A model generated the notes under the pieces. It did not search any database and was not told where the DNA came from. It saw nothing but the letters and a program-made list of their open reading frames with translations. Made by a program: the position numbers and the translations under genes. 26,191 bases of DNA from a bacterium (GTDB lineage: Bacteria; Zhuqueibacterota; Zhuqueibacteria; Oceanimicrobiales; Oceanimicrobiaceae), in NCBI GenBank assembly GCA_046757025.1, contig JBHHXN010000063.1, forward strand, positions 1 to 26,191, read 5' to 3'. Shown here piece by piece: positions 25,620 through 26,191 of this stretch. How positions within the stretch are numbered: position 1 is the stretch's first letter; every line of letters begins with the position of its first letter.

Positions 25620-26191
25620 CTATTTGAAATTCTGGTATTCATTACAACAGATAAACCCTAACGCAGCTTATGGCTGCAAACAAATTTTATTTTCCACGCA
25701 AAGCCGAGAAGTCCGCAAAGGTTGTCAAGATATTTGTTCTTTTCTTTGCGAGCTCGGCGGCTTTGGGTGAGATTGTTTATAACTTTGCAAAAAAAAGTTT
25801 TTAGCGGTAATAGAATACAGATTCGAATCGTCAGTGGTGATTACTTTACGTCATACCTACTCAATTTAAAAAAGTTATGGCAAATTGGCAACAGTTTTCT
25901 CCAACAAGCTGTGGCTTACACGCACAGAGGCGGGGAGTCTTCCCGTCAGCAAGTAATCAAATGGCAAGAAATGAGGCTTGATTTGTGCGGGTATGCGAAT
26001 GACCTTTTCTGGTTTGTTTGCCTGCACCGCGCTATTTTACTTGATCCTTCCACGGTTTTTTATTAACTTTGTGAAGCCTGAATGACTCCTTTGGATGATT
26101 TTACAAGCTGCCCATGACAAAAAATATTCGTCTTTCTCACTAGTGTCCGGTTATTAGTCGAATAAATACAATTGTTTAGAGAAGCTGCCGT

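Noticed and set aside
25722..26066. 114-aa plus-strand ORF
   Set aside because: TTG start, no SD and no recognisable features; cannot be supported from sequence alone.
26141..26191. Possible IS/MITE left end starting TAGTGTCC
   Set aside because: Only 8 bp are shared with the 17489 element, and the window ends before any partner repeat or transposase.
1..26191. CRISPR array, tRNA, rRNA, transposase or integrase
   Set aside because: No regularly spaced short repeats, RNA gene signatures or recombinase motifs were seen.

Overview
Bacterial genomic window with no rRNA, tRNA, CRISPR array or transposase gene. The left end (319-4522, minus) is a typical ECF sigma / FecR anti-sigma / TonB-dependent transducer triad. 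The remaining ~20 kb (5.5-25.5 kb) is a dense cluster of secreted or outer-membrane redox proteins. It contains a Cyc2-like cytochrome-porin, a second CXXCH-bearing beta-barrel, a diheme cytochrome c, a Planctomycete-type cytochrome c lipoprotein, a cytochrome P460-family lipoprotein and five cupredoxin proteins. One of these is a 1223-aa lipoprotein with seven type-1 copper domains and five PKD-like spacers. By my count the locus has 12 putative type-1 Cu sites and 6 CXXCH motifs. Two NtrC-type two-component systems bracket the cluster, each followed directly by a tandem palindromic enhancer-like site and a sigma-54 promoter, and the two sides converge on a bidirectional terminator. One kinase has a four-Cys motif in its PAS domain. 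The best hypothesis (inference) is a copper-rich cell-envelope electron-transfer system analogous to the Acidithiobacillus cyc2/cyc1/rus operon; copper handling or nitrogen-oxide chemistry are alternatives. All family calls come from motif recognition by eye; no database search was run.
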